The translations under genes and the position numbers were made by a program. Positions 29,923-40,152 of a stretch of DNA of 64,000 nucleotides are shown one piece after another. The notes under the pieces were generated by a model. It was not told where the DNA came from. It worked only from the letters and a program-made list of their open reading frames with translations, and ran no database searches. The number at the start of each line of letters is the position of its first letter. The first letter of the stretch is position 1. Source of the stretch: Candidatus Latescibacterota bacterium (GTDB taxonomy: Bacteria; Latescibacterota; UBA2968); the NCBI GenBank assembly GCA_965205975.1, contig OZ242195.1, positions 1,664,001-1,728,000 of the forward strand, written 5' to 3'.

Positions 29923-31089
29923 TCACCCCACCTGTTCTGCGCCATTGACCGCTGAACAAACGTAAATCTCAGGCGTCAAACCCGTTGTCCGGGGATACCG
30001 CTCATTTATCGCATCTGTCAGGGCTGGTACAGCATCGCGTTCGACGATATTCACAGTACATCCTCCAAAACCCGCGCCAGTCATCCGCGCGCCGAACACC
30101 CCCGGCACATTTAGAGCGATTTCTACCAGCAGATCGAGTTCTTTACCACTCACTTCATAATCACCTCGCAAACTCTCGTGAGATGCGACCATCAACTGTC
30201 CAAACCCCGACAAATCCCCATCCTTGAGCAATGCGACCGCCCGTTGCGTGCGTTCATTTTCCGTTATCACATGGCGACACCGCTTCAGCACTGTCTCCGA
30301 CAACGCACCACCGTACACATCCAGAATTTTCATCGACACATCGCGCAGTGCCCTTAAATCTGCCTCCATCGCCCGCGCGAGAAGCGAAACCCCACTTTCA
30401 CAGGCAGACCGCCGATCATTATATGCCGAATCCGTCAGACCTCGCGTCACGCCCGAGTTGCAAATTACAATCTGCACATCATCGCCAAAAAGAGGGACAA
30501 GCTCAAACAAGAGATCGCGGCAATCGAGAAACAGCGCGTGACCTGCCCGACCATTTGCCGAGATAAACTGATCCATGATCCCGCAATTAACACCCACAAA
30601 ATGATTTTCTGCGCGCTGTCCCAAAAGAGCCAGATCAGGCCCGCTTATTTCAATGCAGTTTAACACAACCAACCCCATGCCCACCGCCATCTCCACAGCA
30701 GCCGAACTGCTCAACCCCGCTCCCATAGGCACATTGCCCACAATCGCCGCATCAAAACCACACAGCGAATACCCGAGCTTTTGAAACTCGCGTACCACGC
30801 CCTTTGGATAATCTGCCCAATTGCCCTGTGCCTCCAACACATCATCGGCCCGGAACTCAGCCAACTCGTCGTGCATCGCCGAGTAAATCCGCACCCGCGA
30901 ATCAACTCTCGACCGCGCAGCAACAACCGCCCAGCGGTCAATTGCCGCGGGAAACACAAAGCCCTCATTGTAATCCGTGTGTTCCCCAATCAAATTGACG
31001 CGCCCCGGTGCCTGCACGGTGACATCCGCCTGCCCCTCAAAAACCGATTCAAAAGCGTCCCTCGCCTGTGTGATAATAGGATGCAACAT
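29923..31089 (-). CDS. galK: Galactokinase
   Basis: APGRVNLIGEHTDYN, GAGLSSSAA, CGIMDQ, GARMTGAGFGG. Confidence 0.96.
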   Translation of the reverse strand: MLHPIITQARDAFESVFEGQADVTVQAPGRVNLIGEHTDYNEGFVFPAAIDRWAVVAARSRVDSRVRIYSAMHDELAEFRADDVLEAQGNWADYPKGVVREFQKLGYSLCGFDAAIVGNVPMGAGLSSSAAVEMAVGMGLVVLNCIEISGPDLALLGQRAENHFVGVNCGIMDQFISANGRAGHALFLDCRDLLFELVPLFGDDVQIVICNSGVTRGLTDSAYNDRRSACESGVSLLARAMEADLRALRDVSMKILDVYGGALSETVLKRCRHVITENERTQRAVALLKDGDLSGFGQLMVASHESLRGDYEVSGKELDLLVEIALNVPGVFGARMTGAGFGGCTVNIVERDAVPALTDAINERYPRTTGLTPEIYVCSAVNGAEQVG

Positions 31090-31094
31090 CGAAA

Positions 31095-33251
31095 TTAATC
31101 CTTCTCAACTTTTCGTATCGCCCACCGGATCTCCTCTGCCGTCATATCCGGATCTGAGGGATTGATGAGATTGCCAAAAATATCTGCCCCCACCACATGT
31201 TTCCGCAAACCAGGTCCCCGCAAAAGCGACGTAATGTGAATTTGCATGTGATAGCCGCGATCTACGCCATCTGTTGGTGCTTGCATCAATGCCAGGCTAT
31301 AGTGATACGGCGCACCAAACAACTCGTCTAACCCGCCGAGAACATCGCGCAACCCCACTGCCAGATCGCGCCGACCTTCCCTTTCCAAATCCAGCAAACT
31401 CGCAACATGTGCCTTTGGTACAATAATTACATCATAGGGAAATTGCGCGGCAAACGGAACATAAGCCATTACATGAGGGCGATCAACAATAACTCGCCGG
31501 CCATCTCCGGCTTCCAGACGATTGGCATCGCACACAAAACAGCGTCCCGTTTTCTCGCGATGAGATTTAAACATAGCCAATTGCGGTTTTACCATCAAAT
31601 CCGGAATCTCGCAATACGCATAAACCTGTCCGTGCGGATGCGGTTGAGAATTGCCCATCACCGTGCCCCGGTTCTCAAAAATCAGCGGATACACAACATC
31701 AGGCTCCTTCCCCAACCGATCGTAAATCTCTGCCCATGCGTCAATCACCTGAACGAACGCGTCCAAAGATAGCGTTGACAAACGCTGTGCGTGATTCGGT
31801 GTATAGACCACCACCTCGCACACACCCCGAGATGTACGCGAGAGATATGGACCCAATTGCGCCTGCGTTTGATAGGCGTCCAATACCAACGTGGGAAAAT
31901 CGTTCTCGAATGTCCACACGCCCTTGTAATTGGGATTTACATCGCCCGTCGCGCGCATATTCCCGGGGCAGAGATAGCATTCGGGATCATAAGCCTTATC
32001 ATCTCCCCCCTCCATAAGCTGCGTTTCTCCGCGCCAGGGTCTGTCTGCGCGATGGGCGGCAATATTGACCCACCGATTCCAAAAAGGATTAAATCGCTCC
32101 TCCTGCACAACCCGATACCCCTGAGGATGAAGGCGATGCCAGTGCCAGGCGGATTCCAGCGTCTCGTGTAGCGTTTCCCTCGCAACCCATCCCATATCGC
32201 GCTGAATGCGACTCGCATCGGCAATAAGCGTTGCGGGATCGCCACTTCGCGGCGGTCCAATCGTTTCGGGAATTGCCTGGCCAGTCACCTCGCGCGCGAC
32301 TTCCAAAATCTCACGCACACTCACGCCCTGTCCCCTACCGAGATTGTACGTCGCAGACCGCCCCCCTGCCAACAATATATCCAGGCTCTTAATATGGGCA
32401 TCGGCTAATTCCACTACAGAAATATAATCTCGTACAGCCGTGCCATCGGGGGTTGCATAATCATCGCCAAATACTGTCATCTGTTCGCGCTGCCCCAAAG
32501 CCACTTGCAACACAATGGGAATCAAATGCGTCTCGGGATCGTGATCTTCACCAATCAACCGCGAAGGATCGGCACCTGCGGCATTAAAATAGCGGAGAAC
32601 AACATATCTTCCACCAGCCTCTCGCTCGGCATGCAGCAGTATGCGTTCATCCATCATTTTCGTAATGCCATAAACATTCGTGGGAATTTTTAGTAGAGCA
32701 ATATCTTCTTCGGAGAGTTTGAAAACGATGTGTTTTTTATACCACCCCAAAAGTGTCTCAAAATCTACTGCAGCGGGCATTAACTGGCTTTTCTCAAAGC
32801 CGCCATCAGCGATCCATTTCCGCTGATAATTTTCCTTCAAGGGAATGTGTTCTGCGCGGGGTTCGCCATAAGTCGCCGCCGTAGATGATTTCACAATGGG
32901 CAATCCTTTGCCCACATCCAACAAATTCTGAAAAGCAATCACATTATTCTCAAAATATTTGTACGGCATATCTTGAGATTCTCCTACCAGCGTCCGAGCG
33001 GCAAAATCGATAATGCCACAAAAATCGTGACTATCAAAAACAGAAACCAGAGCACTGCGATCGAGCAAATTGACATGCTCGAAACAAAATTGCTCTGGCC
33101 CATACACCCGATCAAACAGAGTAACAACTTCCCGGTGTCCCTTTGACAGGTCATCCAGCACCACAACCCGGCGGTGATCTTCCAACAAACGCCGCACCAC
33201 GTGACTGCCAACATAGCCTGCCCCACCTGTCACCAAAACAGCATCTACCAT
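31095..33251 (-). CDS. galE-galT: Fused UDP-glucose 4-epimerase (GalE) and galactose-1-phosphate uridylyltransferase (GalT)
   Basis: N-terminal VTGGAGYVGS, YGITK, LRYFNAAGA; C-terminal RPW.G, CYLCPGN, FENDFP, NSQPHPHGQ; one frame; ATG 33251 after GGAG. Confidence 0.9.
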   Translation of the reverse strand: MVDAVLVTGGAGYVGSHVVRRLLEDHRRVVVLDDLSKGHREVVTLFDRVYGPEQFCFEHVNLLDRSALVSVFDSHDFCGIIDFAARTLVGESQDMPYKYFENNVIAFQNLLDVGKGLPIVKSSTAATYGEPRAEHIPLKENYQRKWIADGGFEKSQLMPAAVDFETLLGWYKKHIVFKLSEEDIALLKIPTNVYGITKMMDERILLHAEREAGGRYVVLRYFNAAGADPSRLIGEDHDPETHLIPIVLQVALGQREQMTVFGDDYATPDGTAVRDYISVVELADAHIKSLDILLAGGRSATYNLGRGQGVSVREILEVAREVTGQAIPETIGPPRSGDPATLIADASRIQRDMGWVARETLHETLESAWHWHRLHPQGYRVVQEERFNPFWNRWVNIAAHRADRPWRGETQLMEGGDDKAYDPECYLCPGNMRATGDVNPNYKGVWTFENDFPTLVLDAYQTQAQLGPYLSRTSRGVCEVVVYTPNHAQRLSTLSLDAFVQVIDAWAEIYDRLGKEPDVVYPLIFENRGTVMGNSQPHPHGQVYAYCEIPDLMVKPQLAMFKSHREKTGRCFVCDANRLEAGDGRRVIVDRPHVMAYVPFAAQFPYDVIIVPKAHVASLLDLEREGRRDLAVGLRDVLGGLDELFGAPYHYSLALMQAPTDGVDRGYHMQIHITSLLRGPGLRKHVVGADIFGNLINPSDPDMTAEEIRWAIRKVEKD

Positions 33252-33378
33252 ATCTGCTCCTCTACAGAATGGTGTACAACGAAAAAAAATTATCACTTTG
33301 CACACAAATATACACATTGAACAAGAAGAGACTGAACTATTTTCACAACGCGATATATACCTCGCATTTGTTTTGAAC

Positions 33379-33407
33379 TTGACATCTTGTCATAAAGGCC
33401 TTATTTT
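33379..33407 (+). promoter_or_regulatory. Putative greA promoter
   Basis: TTGACA-17 bp-TATTTT. Confidence 0.55.
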
Positions 33408-33457
33408 CTACATATATAGACGACACATTGCCCTTTCCTATTATGCTGTGTGCAAAA

Positions 33458-33509
33458 AAAAGTCTATCTCGAAACCCAATATCGGCTTCCGAGATAGACT
33501 TTTCATTTC
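33458..33509 (+). terminator. Terminator-like hairpin in the greA leader
   Basis: aaaagtctatctcg ... cgagatagactttt, 14-bp stem followed by catttc, about 20 nt before the ATG. Confidence 0.7.
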
Positions 33510-33522
33510 ATGGGATATTATT

Positions 33523-33996
33523 ATGAACCGCGTTTACTTAACCAAAAACGGGTATGAGAAAATTCGAACTGAGTTGATCCGTCTGCAAACCAAAGAACGA
33601 CCAACTGTCATAGCGGCGATCAAAAAGGCACGCGAGTTTGGCGATCTGAGCGAAAATGCCGAATACCACGCAGCCAAAGAACGACAGGCATTCCTCGAAA
33701 AGAAAATTGTCGAATTGCAAGAAAAACTCACGAACTCGGAAATTATCGACGAAAGCCAAATCCCCAAAGACAAAGCCTATTTGGGTGCAACGGTTAAATT
33801 ACAGGATAAAAAAAATGGCAGAGAAATGCAGTACACGCTGGTCACTGTAGATGAAGCCGATTTTGATCAGAAAAAAATATCGACAGCATCGCCCATTGGC
33901 AAAGCTCTGTTGGGAAAACGCGTTGGCGAGGTCGTCGATGTACAGGTGCCCGTTGGCATACTCACTTATGAGATTCTCGATATATCAAGAGACTGA
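33523..33996 (+). CDS. greA: Transcription elongation factor GreA
   Basis: GDLSENAEYHAAKE, ISTASPIGKALLG. Confidence 0.96.
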   Translation: MNRVYLTKNGYEKIRTELIRLQTKERPTVIAAIKKAREFGDLSENAEYHAAKERQAFLEKKIVELQEKLTNSEIIDESQIPKDKAYLGATVKLQDKKNGREMQYTLVTVDEADFDQKKISTASPIGKALLGKRVGEVVDVQVPVGILTYEILDISRD

Positions 33997-34034
33997 GTTT
34001 TTTTACAAATTTTTTGTCTTTCAAATCACAAATA

Positions 34035-34070
34035 AAAAGGGCAAACCGACATCTGTCGGTTTGCCCTTTT
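34035..34070. terminator. Bidirectional terminator between greA and rplQ
   Basis: aaaagggcaaaccgac-atct-gtcggtttgccctttt. Confidence 0.9.
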
Positions 34071-34085
34071 AAAATACATAGAAGG

Positions 34086-34532
34086 TCAAGCTTCTTTTTT
34101 CTTTTCTTCTCCTGCTTCCTCTTCTTCAGCAGAAGTGTCAGACTCTGTTTCCACATCATCAGTTTCGGATATTGTGCCATCGACCACCAGCTCAATCAAA
34201 CACAATTCGCTGCTATCACCTCGTCTGGGACCGAGCTTGAGAATGCGCGTATATCCGCCACTTCGATCAGCAAATGAAGGGCCAATTTCTTCAAATAACT
34301 TTGTGAGCACCACCTTATTCTGAATGCGTCGTAAGACTTGACGCCGCGCATGCAAGTCGCCACGCTTGGCAAAAGAGATCAATCGTTCAGCGACACCGCG
34401 CAATTCTTTCGCCTTTGGCAGTGTAGTACGCACCTTGCCGTTGTCAAACAGAGATGTGGCCATATTGTTGAGCATGGCTTTTTTATGGCTCGCCGTGCGA
34501 CCCAGCTTTCTGCCCCTTTTCCCGTGCCTCAT
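34086..34532 (-). CDS. rplQ: 50S ribosomal protein L17
   Basis: MRHGKRGRKLGRTASH; acidic C-terminal tail. Confidence 0.97.
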   Translation of the reverse strand: MRHGKRGRKLGRTASHKKAMLNNMATSLFDNGKVRTTLPKAKELRGVAERLISFAKRGDLHARRQVLRRIQNKVVLTKLFEEIGPSFADRSGGYTRILKLGPRRGDSSELCLIELVVDGTISETDDVETESDTSAEEEEAGEEKKKEA

Positions 34533-34543
34533 TGGTTTCCTCG

Positions 34544-35560
34544 TTAAAAATCGTCGTCCAAAATCGAGATGTGATCAGATTCGGCAGCGACGTCTTGATA
34601 TTTGCTTACATCAATGCCAAATGCAATGCCTAAATCTTCGAGAATAGCTGTCAATTCATTGAGCGATTTACGGCCAAAATTGCGAAATTTGAGCATTTCG
34701 TTTTCCGTTTTTTGAACGAGATCTTCAAGTGTTATAATATTGGCAGCTTTTAAGCAATTGGCCGACCGCACAGACAATTCTAACTCATCTACAGGCCTCT
34801 TGAGCAGTGTTGCAATGCGGCGCGTTTCCTCATCGACAACTTCTTCCAATTCTTCTTCTGGCTCTTCTTCAAAGTTGATAAACAACTCGAGATGATTTTT
34901 CAATATTCTCGCGGCATGAGCTACTGCATCATCGGGGCGCACAACGCTGTTTGTCCAAACAGCCAATGAAAGTTTATCGTAGTCGGTCTGCTGTCCCACT
35001 CGCGCATTATCGACTTCATAATGCACTTTGCGGATTGGGGAAAAAGCAGCATCCAGCACAATGGTCCCCATGGGCTGCTCTATCTGCTTGTTCGCCTCTG
35101 CCAGCACATAGCCCCGACCTTTTCCAACGGTGATTTCCATGTCGAGCACACCGTCTTTGTCGAGTGTCGCAATATGTAAATCGGGATTCATCACTTCGAC
35201 ATCAGCATCGACTTGCAGATCGCCAGCCTTGAGTTCTCCCGGTCCTTCTTTTTTTACATATAGCAGTTTGTCTGCATCTGTATGCACGCGCAGACAAATT
35301 TCCTTGAGATTTAGAACGATTTCCGTCACATCTTCCACGATGCCTTCAACCACGGTAAACTCGTGCTGAATCCCTTCAATTTTCACGGCCTTAATCGCAG
35401 CCCCCTCAATAGAGGAGAGCAAAACGCGGCGCAAAGCATTCCCAATTGTAGCACCAAACCCGCGCTCAAGAGGTTGAACACTAAACAGACCGTAATTGTC
35501 ACTCAGGCTTTCTTCATCGATCTGTACAAATCGAGGCATTTGAAAATTTTTTGCGTCCAT
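34544..35560 (-). CDS. rpoA: RNA polymerase alpha subunit
   Basis: PLERGFG.TIGNALRRVLLSS; LSVRSANCLK; start 35560 after AGGAG. Confidence 0.97.
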   Translation of the reverse strand: MDAKNFQMPRFVQIDEESLSDNYGLFSVQPLERGFGATIGNALRRVLLSSIEGAAIKAVKIEGIQHEFTVVEGIVEDVTEIVLNLKEICLRVHTDADKLLYVKKEGPGELKAGDLQVDADVEVMNPDLHIATLDKDGVLDMEITVGKGRGYVLAEANKQIEQPMGTIVLDAAFSPIRKVHYEVDNARVGQQTDYDKLSLAVWTNSVVRPDDAVAHAARILKNHLELFINFEEEPEEELEEVVDEETRRIATLLKRPVDELELSVRSANCLKAANIITLEDLVQKTENEMLKFRNFGRKSLNELTAILEDLGIAFGIDVSKYQDVAAESDHISILDDDF

Positions 35561-35586
35561 AAACAAAAGCTCCTGGTGCGCGTCCA

Positions 35587-36216
35587 TTACTTGGAATAAA
35601 GCTCAACAATGAGCTGCTCTTCAACAGGCGTCGGTATATCATCTCGCTTTGGATATTCTACAAGCGTACCACTCAAGTTCACTTTATCTACCGAAAGCCA
35701 GGACGATTGACCTGCATCACCAGTGCGCGTGAGTGCATCGTGAATGAGTTGCATCTGGCGACTTTTTTCTCGTACCTGCACAGTATCTCCCGGCGAAACC
35801 TGAAATGAGGGAATATCTACGGTTCGTCCATTGACAGCGATGTGGCGATGTCTCACGAGTTGTCGCGCTGATTTTCGAGATGGCGCAAAACCCAAACGAT
35901 ATATCATGTTATCCAGACGACATTCGAGCATCTGCAAAAGCAACTCACCCGTCACACCCTTTCTGCGAGCGGCTTTTGAATAATACGTGCGAAACTGTTT
36001 TTCCAGTACGCCATAGATACGCTTTGTTTTTTGTTTTTCTCGGAGTTGAAGCGCGTATTCCGATGGCTTTCGACGCATATTTTGTCCATGCATGCCGGGC
36101 GCATAACTTCGTCGGTCAAATGAACATTTGTCCATTTGACACCGCGCACCTTTGAGAAACAATTTCATACCTTCTCGGCGGCACAATTTACAACTTGAGC
36201 CAGTGTATCTCGCCAT
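35587..36216 (-). CDS. rpsD: 30S ribosomal protein S4
   Basis: MARYTG..CKLCRREG; LIVELYSK. Confidence 0.97.
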   Translation of the reverse strand: MARYTGSSCKLCRREGMKLFLKGARCQMDKCSFDRRSYAPGMHGQNMRRKPSEYALQLREKQKTKRIYGVLEKQFRTYYSKAARRKGVTGELLLQMLECRLDNMIYRLGFAPSRKSARQLVRHRHIAVNGRTVDIPSFQVSPGDTVQVREKSRQMQLIHDALTRTGDAGQSSWLSVDKVNLSGTLVEYPKRDDIPTPVEEQLIVELYSK

Positions 36217-36239
36217 TCAATATCTCCCTGTTTTCTGTG

Positions 36240-36623
36240 TTAAACGCGACGTCGCTTAGGAGGGCGGCACCCATTGTGTGGAATTGGCGTAACATCTTTG
36301 ATCGCTGAAATTTCCAATCCAGCTCCCTGCAGCGATCGCACGGCGGCTTCTCGTCCAACGCCAGGTCCTTTGACCCAGACTTCTACCCGACGCAAACCCA
36401 TTGCCATCGCCTCTCGCGCCGCATCCGTAGCAGCCAGCTGAGCAGCATAGGGTGTACTTTTTCTCGAGCCCTTAAACCCCACTTTTCCCGTTGATGACCA
36501 GGAAATAACTCTGCCTTCACGATCACTCAGGGTGACAATAGTATTGTTAAAACTGGCATTGACGTGTGCGACGCCATGAGCTTCAACGCGTCTATTCCGT
36601 CGTCTCCCTCTTCTGACTGCCAA
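36240..36623 (-). CDS. rpsK: 30S ribosomal protein S11
   Basis: [30 protein letters not shown] start after AGGAGG. Confidence 0.96.
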   Translation of the reverse strand: MAVRRGRRRNRRVEAHGVAHVNASFNNTIVTLSDREGRVISWSSTGKVGFKGSRKSTPYAAQLAATDAAREAMAMGLRRVEVWVKGPGVGREAAVRSLQGAGLEISAIKDVTPIPHNGCRPPKRRRV

Positions 36624-36654
36624 ACGACTCCTCCTTTGATTGTCCTGCGTTTTG

Positions 36655-37029
36655 TTATACAGTTCGCCTTCGACTGCCAATACCGGGTTTCTTTCCCTTG
36701 CGCGTCCTGGCATTGGTGCGCGTCCGCTGGCCTCTCACCGGCAATCCCCGACGCCACCGCAAACCGCGATAGCATCCAATATCCATCAATCGCTTGATGT
36801 TCATTGCAACTTCGCTTCGCAGGTTTCCTTCAACCTGGTATTCGCCTTCAACAACTGAGCGCAATTTAGCGACTTCCTCATCAGTCAAAGTATCTACGCG
36901 CGTATCAGGCGAAATCTGCGTCTGTGTCAAAATTTTTTGTGACGTACTCAAACCAATGCCCAAAATATATGTCAACGCAACTTCCACGCGCTTTTCTCTG
37001 GGAATATCTACACCTGCAATTCGAGCCAT
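36655..37029 (-). CDS. rpsM: 30S ribosomal protein S13
   Basis: [27 protein letters not shown]. Confidence 0.97.
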   Translation of the reverse strand: MARIAGVDIPREKRVEVALTYILGIGLSTSQKILTQTQISPDTRVDTLTDEEVAKLRSVVEGEYQVEGNLRSEVAMNIKRLMDIGCYRGLRWRRGLPVRGQRTRTNARTRKGKKPGIGSRRRTV

Positions 37030-37050
37030 GTTATTGCGTCTCCTATGAGG

Positions 37051-37167
37051 TTATCCCTGTCGCTGTTTATGTCGCGGATTGACTTTGCAAATCACGCGCA
37101 CAACACCGCGTCGGCGAATAATTTTGCAGTGATTGCAACGACGGCGAACGGATGATTGGACTTTCAT
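37051..37167 (-). CDS. rpmJ: 50S ribosomal protein L36 (not in the ORF track)
   Basis: Read manually: [38 protein letters not shown]. Confidence 0.95.
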   Translation of the reverse strand: MKVQSSVRRRCNHCKIIRRRGVVRVICKVNPRHKQRQG

Positions 37168-37194
37168 AAATAAATCTCCAGCATTTAAAATAAA

Positions 37195-38538
37195 TCAGGC
37201 TCGGCGCCCTCGAATACGGCCTTTTTTCATAAACCCATCGTAGTGGCGCATCAACAAATGCGATTCAACCTGCTGTAAAGTATCGAGCGCCACACCGACC
37301 ATAATCAACAAACCCGTGCCGCCAAACACTTGCTCGAGACCAGGATGAACCCCCATAGAATTAATGATAAAGTATGGGCCAACGGCTATTGCAGCTAAGA
37401 AAATCGCACCCGGCATGTTGATTCGCGTAAGCACCCGGTCAATAAAGTCTGAGGTGCGTTTGCCCGGTCTGACGCCGGGAATAAATCCGCCTTGCCGTTT
37501 CATATTATCAGCCAGATCAATCGGATTAAACACAATGGCAGTATAAAAGTAGGCAAAGAAAATGACCAACAATGAGTAAATCGACCAGTAGGGCAATGAC
37601 ACCCAGGACATACTCGGCGTAAAAGCGGCCGCGAGATTTTGCATAAATTCATTATTAGGGGCAAATCCGGCCATTGTCGCAGGTAAAAACATAATGGCCT
37701 GAGCAAAAATAATAGGCATCACGCCAGAAGTATTGACTTTAAGTGGTATATGTGTGCTTTGCCCACCATATACTCGCCGCCCAACGACGCGTTTGGCGTA
37801 TTGTACCGGAATTCTACGCGTACCCTGTGTGATGAGCACCACCAGGGCGGTCAATGCAACAACGATAACTAAAACAGCTATTTCGATCAAAATTGGTTTG
37901 TCATTGGTCACAAAATCCCGATATTCCTGCCGCACGACAAAGGGCAATGCCGCAATAATGCCAATAAAAATAAGTAGCGACATCCCGTTGCCGATGCCGT
38001 GTGCATCAATCTGTTCGCCCAACCACATAATAAACACGGTTCCGGCAGTAATTGTCAATACAGTCAACAGACGGAAGCCCCATCCGGGATAGAGTACGAC
38101 CGAAAGGCCAGTTTCTGGCGACTGAAGGCTTTCCAGAAAAAAACTCACTCCCAGAGACTGCGCTGCTGCCAGTGCAACTGTGCCATACCGCGTATATTGA
38201 ATGATCTTTTTGCGCCCTGCTTCACCTTCTTTTTGCAACTTTTGGAGAGATGGCACCACAGCACCCATCAATTGAAAAATAATGGACGCACTAATATAAG
38301 GCATAATACCCAGAGCAAATACCGTTGCACGGGTAAACGCACCACCTACAAACATGTCGTAGAGGCCAAAGATCGTCTGGCTGGTGCCTGCAAAAAATTC
38401 ACCCAGAGCAACCCGATCTATTCCGGGTATGGGAATCTGCCCACCCAGGCGATAAATCGCCAGAATACCCAGCGTAAATAATACCTTATTTCGCAGTTCC
38501 GGAATCTTAAAAACGCTCTTGACGCTCTCGAGCAACAC
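37195..38538 (-). CDS. secY: Preprotein translocase SecY
   Basis: FALGIMPYISASII, GIGNG.SL, FIPGVRPG. Confidence 0.97.
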   Translation of the reverse strand: MLLESVKSVFKIPELRNKVLFTLGILAIYRLGGQIPIPGIDRVALGEFFAGTSQTIFGLYDMFVGGAFTRATVFALGIMPYISASIIFQLMGAVVPSLQKLQKEGEAGRKKIIQYTRYGTVALAAAQSLGVSFFLESLQSPETGLSVVLYPGWGFRLLTVLTITAGTVFIMWLGEQIDAHGIGNGMSLLIFIGIIAALPFVVRQEYRDFVTNDKPILIEIAVLVIVVALTALVVLITQGTRRIPVQYAKRVVGRRVYGGQSTHIPLKVNTSGVMPIIFAQAIMFLPATMAGFAPNNEFMQNLAAAFTPSMSWVSLPYWSIYSLLVIFFAYFYTAIVFNPIDLADNMKRQGGFIPGVRPGKRTSDFIDRVLTRINMPGAIFLAAIAVGPYFIINSMGVHPGLEQVFGGTGLLIMVGVALDTLQQVESHLLMRHYDGFMKKGRIRGRRA

Positions 38539-38557
38539 CGCCTCCTCTCAGCCGTGC

Positions 38558-39022
38558 TCAGTCGGTTTTGGCCGCGCCACCGATGTTGGCCTCAACTTGT
38601 CCCCCAGCTGCAAGAACTTTTTTTGCTGCTGCAGCTGATATCGCCTGAACTCGAATCTGTAATGGTGCAGAAATTTCGCCTCGCCCCAAAATCTTCACAG
38701 GGCGTTTTGTAGAGGCAATCAAACCTGCGGTTTTGAGCACTTCAGGGGTAATCTCACCCGAAAGTTCTCTTTCCGCCAGGTCGTCGAGATTTACGACCTG
38801 ATAGGTCACCCGAAAAGGATTGTTAAACCCAACTTTCGGCAAGCGCTGCTGCAGGGGCATTTGTCCCCCTTCAAACCAAATTTTGCGCTTGGATCCCGAG
38901 CGCGCCCGCTGTCCTTTGTGCCCTTTGCCCGCAGTTTTACCTGTTCCGGAGCCAGGACCAATGCCCAAACGTTTCTTCTTAAAAGTTGCCCCTTTGGGCG
39001 GAGAGAGATTCCCAAGTTTCAT
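38558..39022 (-). CDS. rplO: 50S ribosomal protein L15
   Basis: GKTAGKGHKGQ, FEGGQMPL. Confidence 0.96.
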   Translation of the reverse strand: MKLGNLSPPKGATFKKKRLGIGPGSGTGKTAGKGHKGQRARSGSKRKIWFEGGQMPLQQRLPKVGFNNPFRVTYQVVNLDDLAERELSGEITPEVLKTAGLIASTKRPVKILGRGEISAPLQIRVQAISAAAAKKVLAAGGQVEANIGGAAKTD

Positions 39023-39038
39023 TATCGCATCCCGTGTT

Positions 39039-39230
39039 TCAAGTTTCTTCAACTTTGACCAGATGTGCAACAGTCGCCAGCATGCCGCGCAATTGGGGAG
39101 AATCAGCGTGTTCCACAGTGTGCCGAATGCGGCGAATTCCCAACGCATCCAGCGTCTGTTGTTGTTTTTTTTGCCGCTTAATTGCACTGCGAATTTGTGT
39201 AACCCGCAGTGTTTTTTGATCGCCCATCAC
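39039..39230 (-). CDS. rpmD: 50S ribosomal protein L30
   Basis: LRVTQIRS...LDALG...RGML..V.HLV. Confidence 0.93.
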   Translation of the reverse strand: MMGDQKTLRVTQIRSAIKRQKKQQQTLDALGIRRIRHTVEHADSPQLRGMLATVAHLVKVEET

Positions 39231-39745
39231 TACCCCCGTACAGAAACCAATTCGGATTCTTCTACACCGCGCAATAGCGCAAACATTCTCGCATCTTTCA
39301 ACCGCGTTAATCCCTCCATCGCGGCTTTAACGGCATTCTGGGGGTTTTGCGAACCCAATGACTTTGTCAACACATTTTGAACGCCAGCCAGTTCCAAAAC
39401 CGCACGCACACCGCCTCCTGCAATAATACCCGTGCCGGGCGCGGCGGGTTTGAGCAAAACGCGAGAAGCACCAAACTTTCCAATAATCTCGTGCGGCAAT
39501 GTACCATCAACGACTGGCACGCGCACCAGATTCTTTTTTGCCTCATCAGCAGCTTTGCGAATGGCTTCAGAGACTTCGCCGGCTTTCCCCATCCCAATGC
39601 CAACAATACCTTTTTTATCACCAATTACACAAAGCGCGTTAAAAGCAAAACGCCGTCCACCTTTGCGAACGTGAGAGACCCGCTTAATACTGTTGTTGAT
39701 GACGATTTCCGTCAGATCTAGACCCGTGGCTTCAATTCTGCCCAA
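39230..39745 (-). CDS. rpsE: 30S ribosomal protein S5
   Basis: [21 protein letters not shown]. Confidence 0.96.
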   Translation of the reverse strand: MGRIEATGLDLTEIVINNSIKRVSHVRKGGRRFAFNALCVIGDKKGIVGIGMGKAGEVSEAIRKAADEAKKNLVRVPVVDGTLPHEIIGKFGASRVLLKPAAPGTGIIAGGGVRAVLELAGVQNVLTKSLGSQNPQNAVKAAMEGLTRLKDARMFALLRGVEESELVSVRG

Positions 39746-39761
39746 AATCGACTCCTTAACA

Positions 39762-40136
39762 TTAAAATTTCAATCCGCCTTCGCGTGCACCTTCTGCCAA
39801 TGCTTTGATACGGCCGTGATAGAGATAACCGGCACGGTCAAAAACAACCTGCGAAATTCCAGCTTCCTGCGCTTTTACAGCCAAAGCTTTGCCCACCTCG
39901 CGACTCCTATTGCATTTGCCTTCAACAGTTTTTAACTGATCTTGGAGTTGCGGAGTATTTGAGGATATCCCCATTAGAGAACATCCATTCACATCATCAA
40001 TCAATTGCGCCTGAATATGTTTTAGGCTCCTGAAAATCGTCAGACGCGGGCGATCAGCCGTTCCCAGAAGTCTCTTTCTTATACGCATTTGACGGCGTTT
40101 GTGCATCTTTGTCTTTTTAATTTGCTTGTCTGCCAT
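39762..40136 (-). CDS. rplR: 50S ribosomal protein L18
   Basis: [21 protein letters not shown]. Confidence 0.96.
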   Translation of the reverse strand: MADKQIKKTKMHKRRQMRIRKRLLGTADRPRLTIFRSLKHIQAQLIDDVNGCSLMGISSNTPQLQDQLKTVEGKCNRSREVGKALAVKAQEAGISQVVFDRAGYLYHGRIKALAEGAREGGLKF

Positions 40137-40152
40137 TAAACAACCTCAAAGT

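Noticed and set aside
33298..33522. N-terminal extension of GreA in the ORF track
   Set aside because: Spans the promoter and leader hairpin; GreA homology starts at ATG 33523
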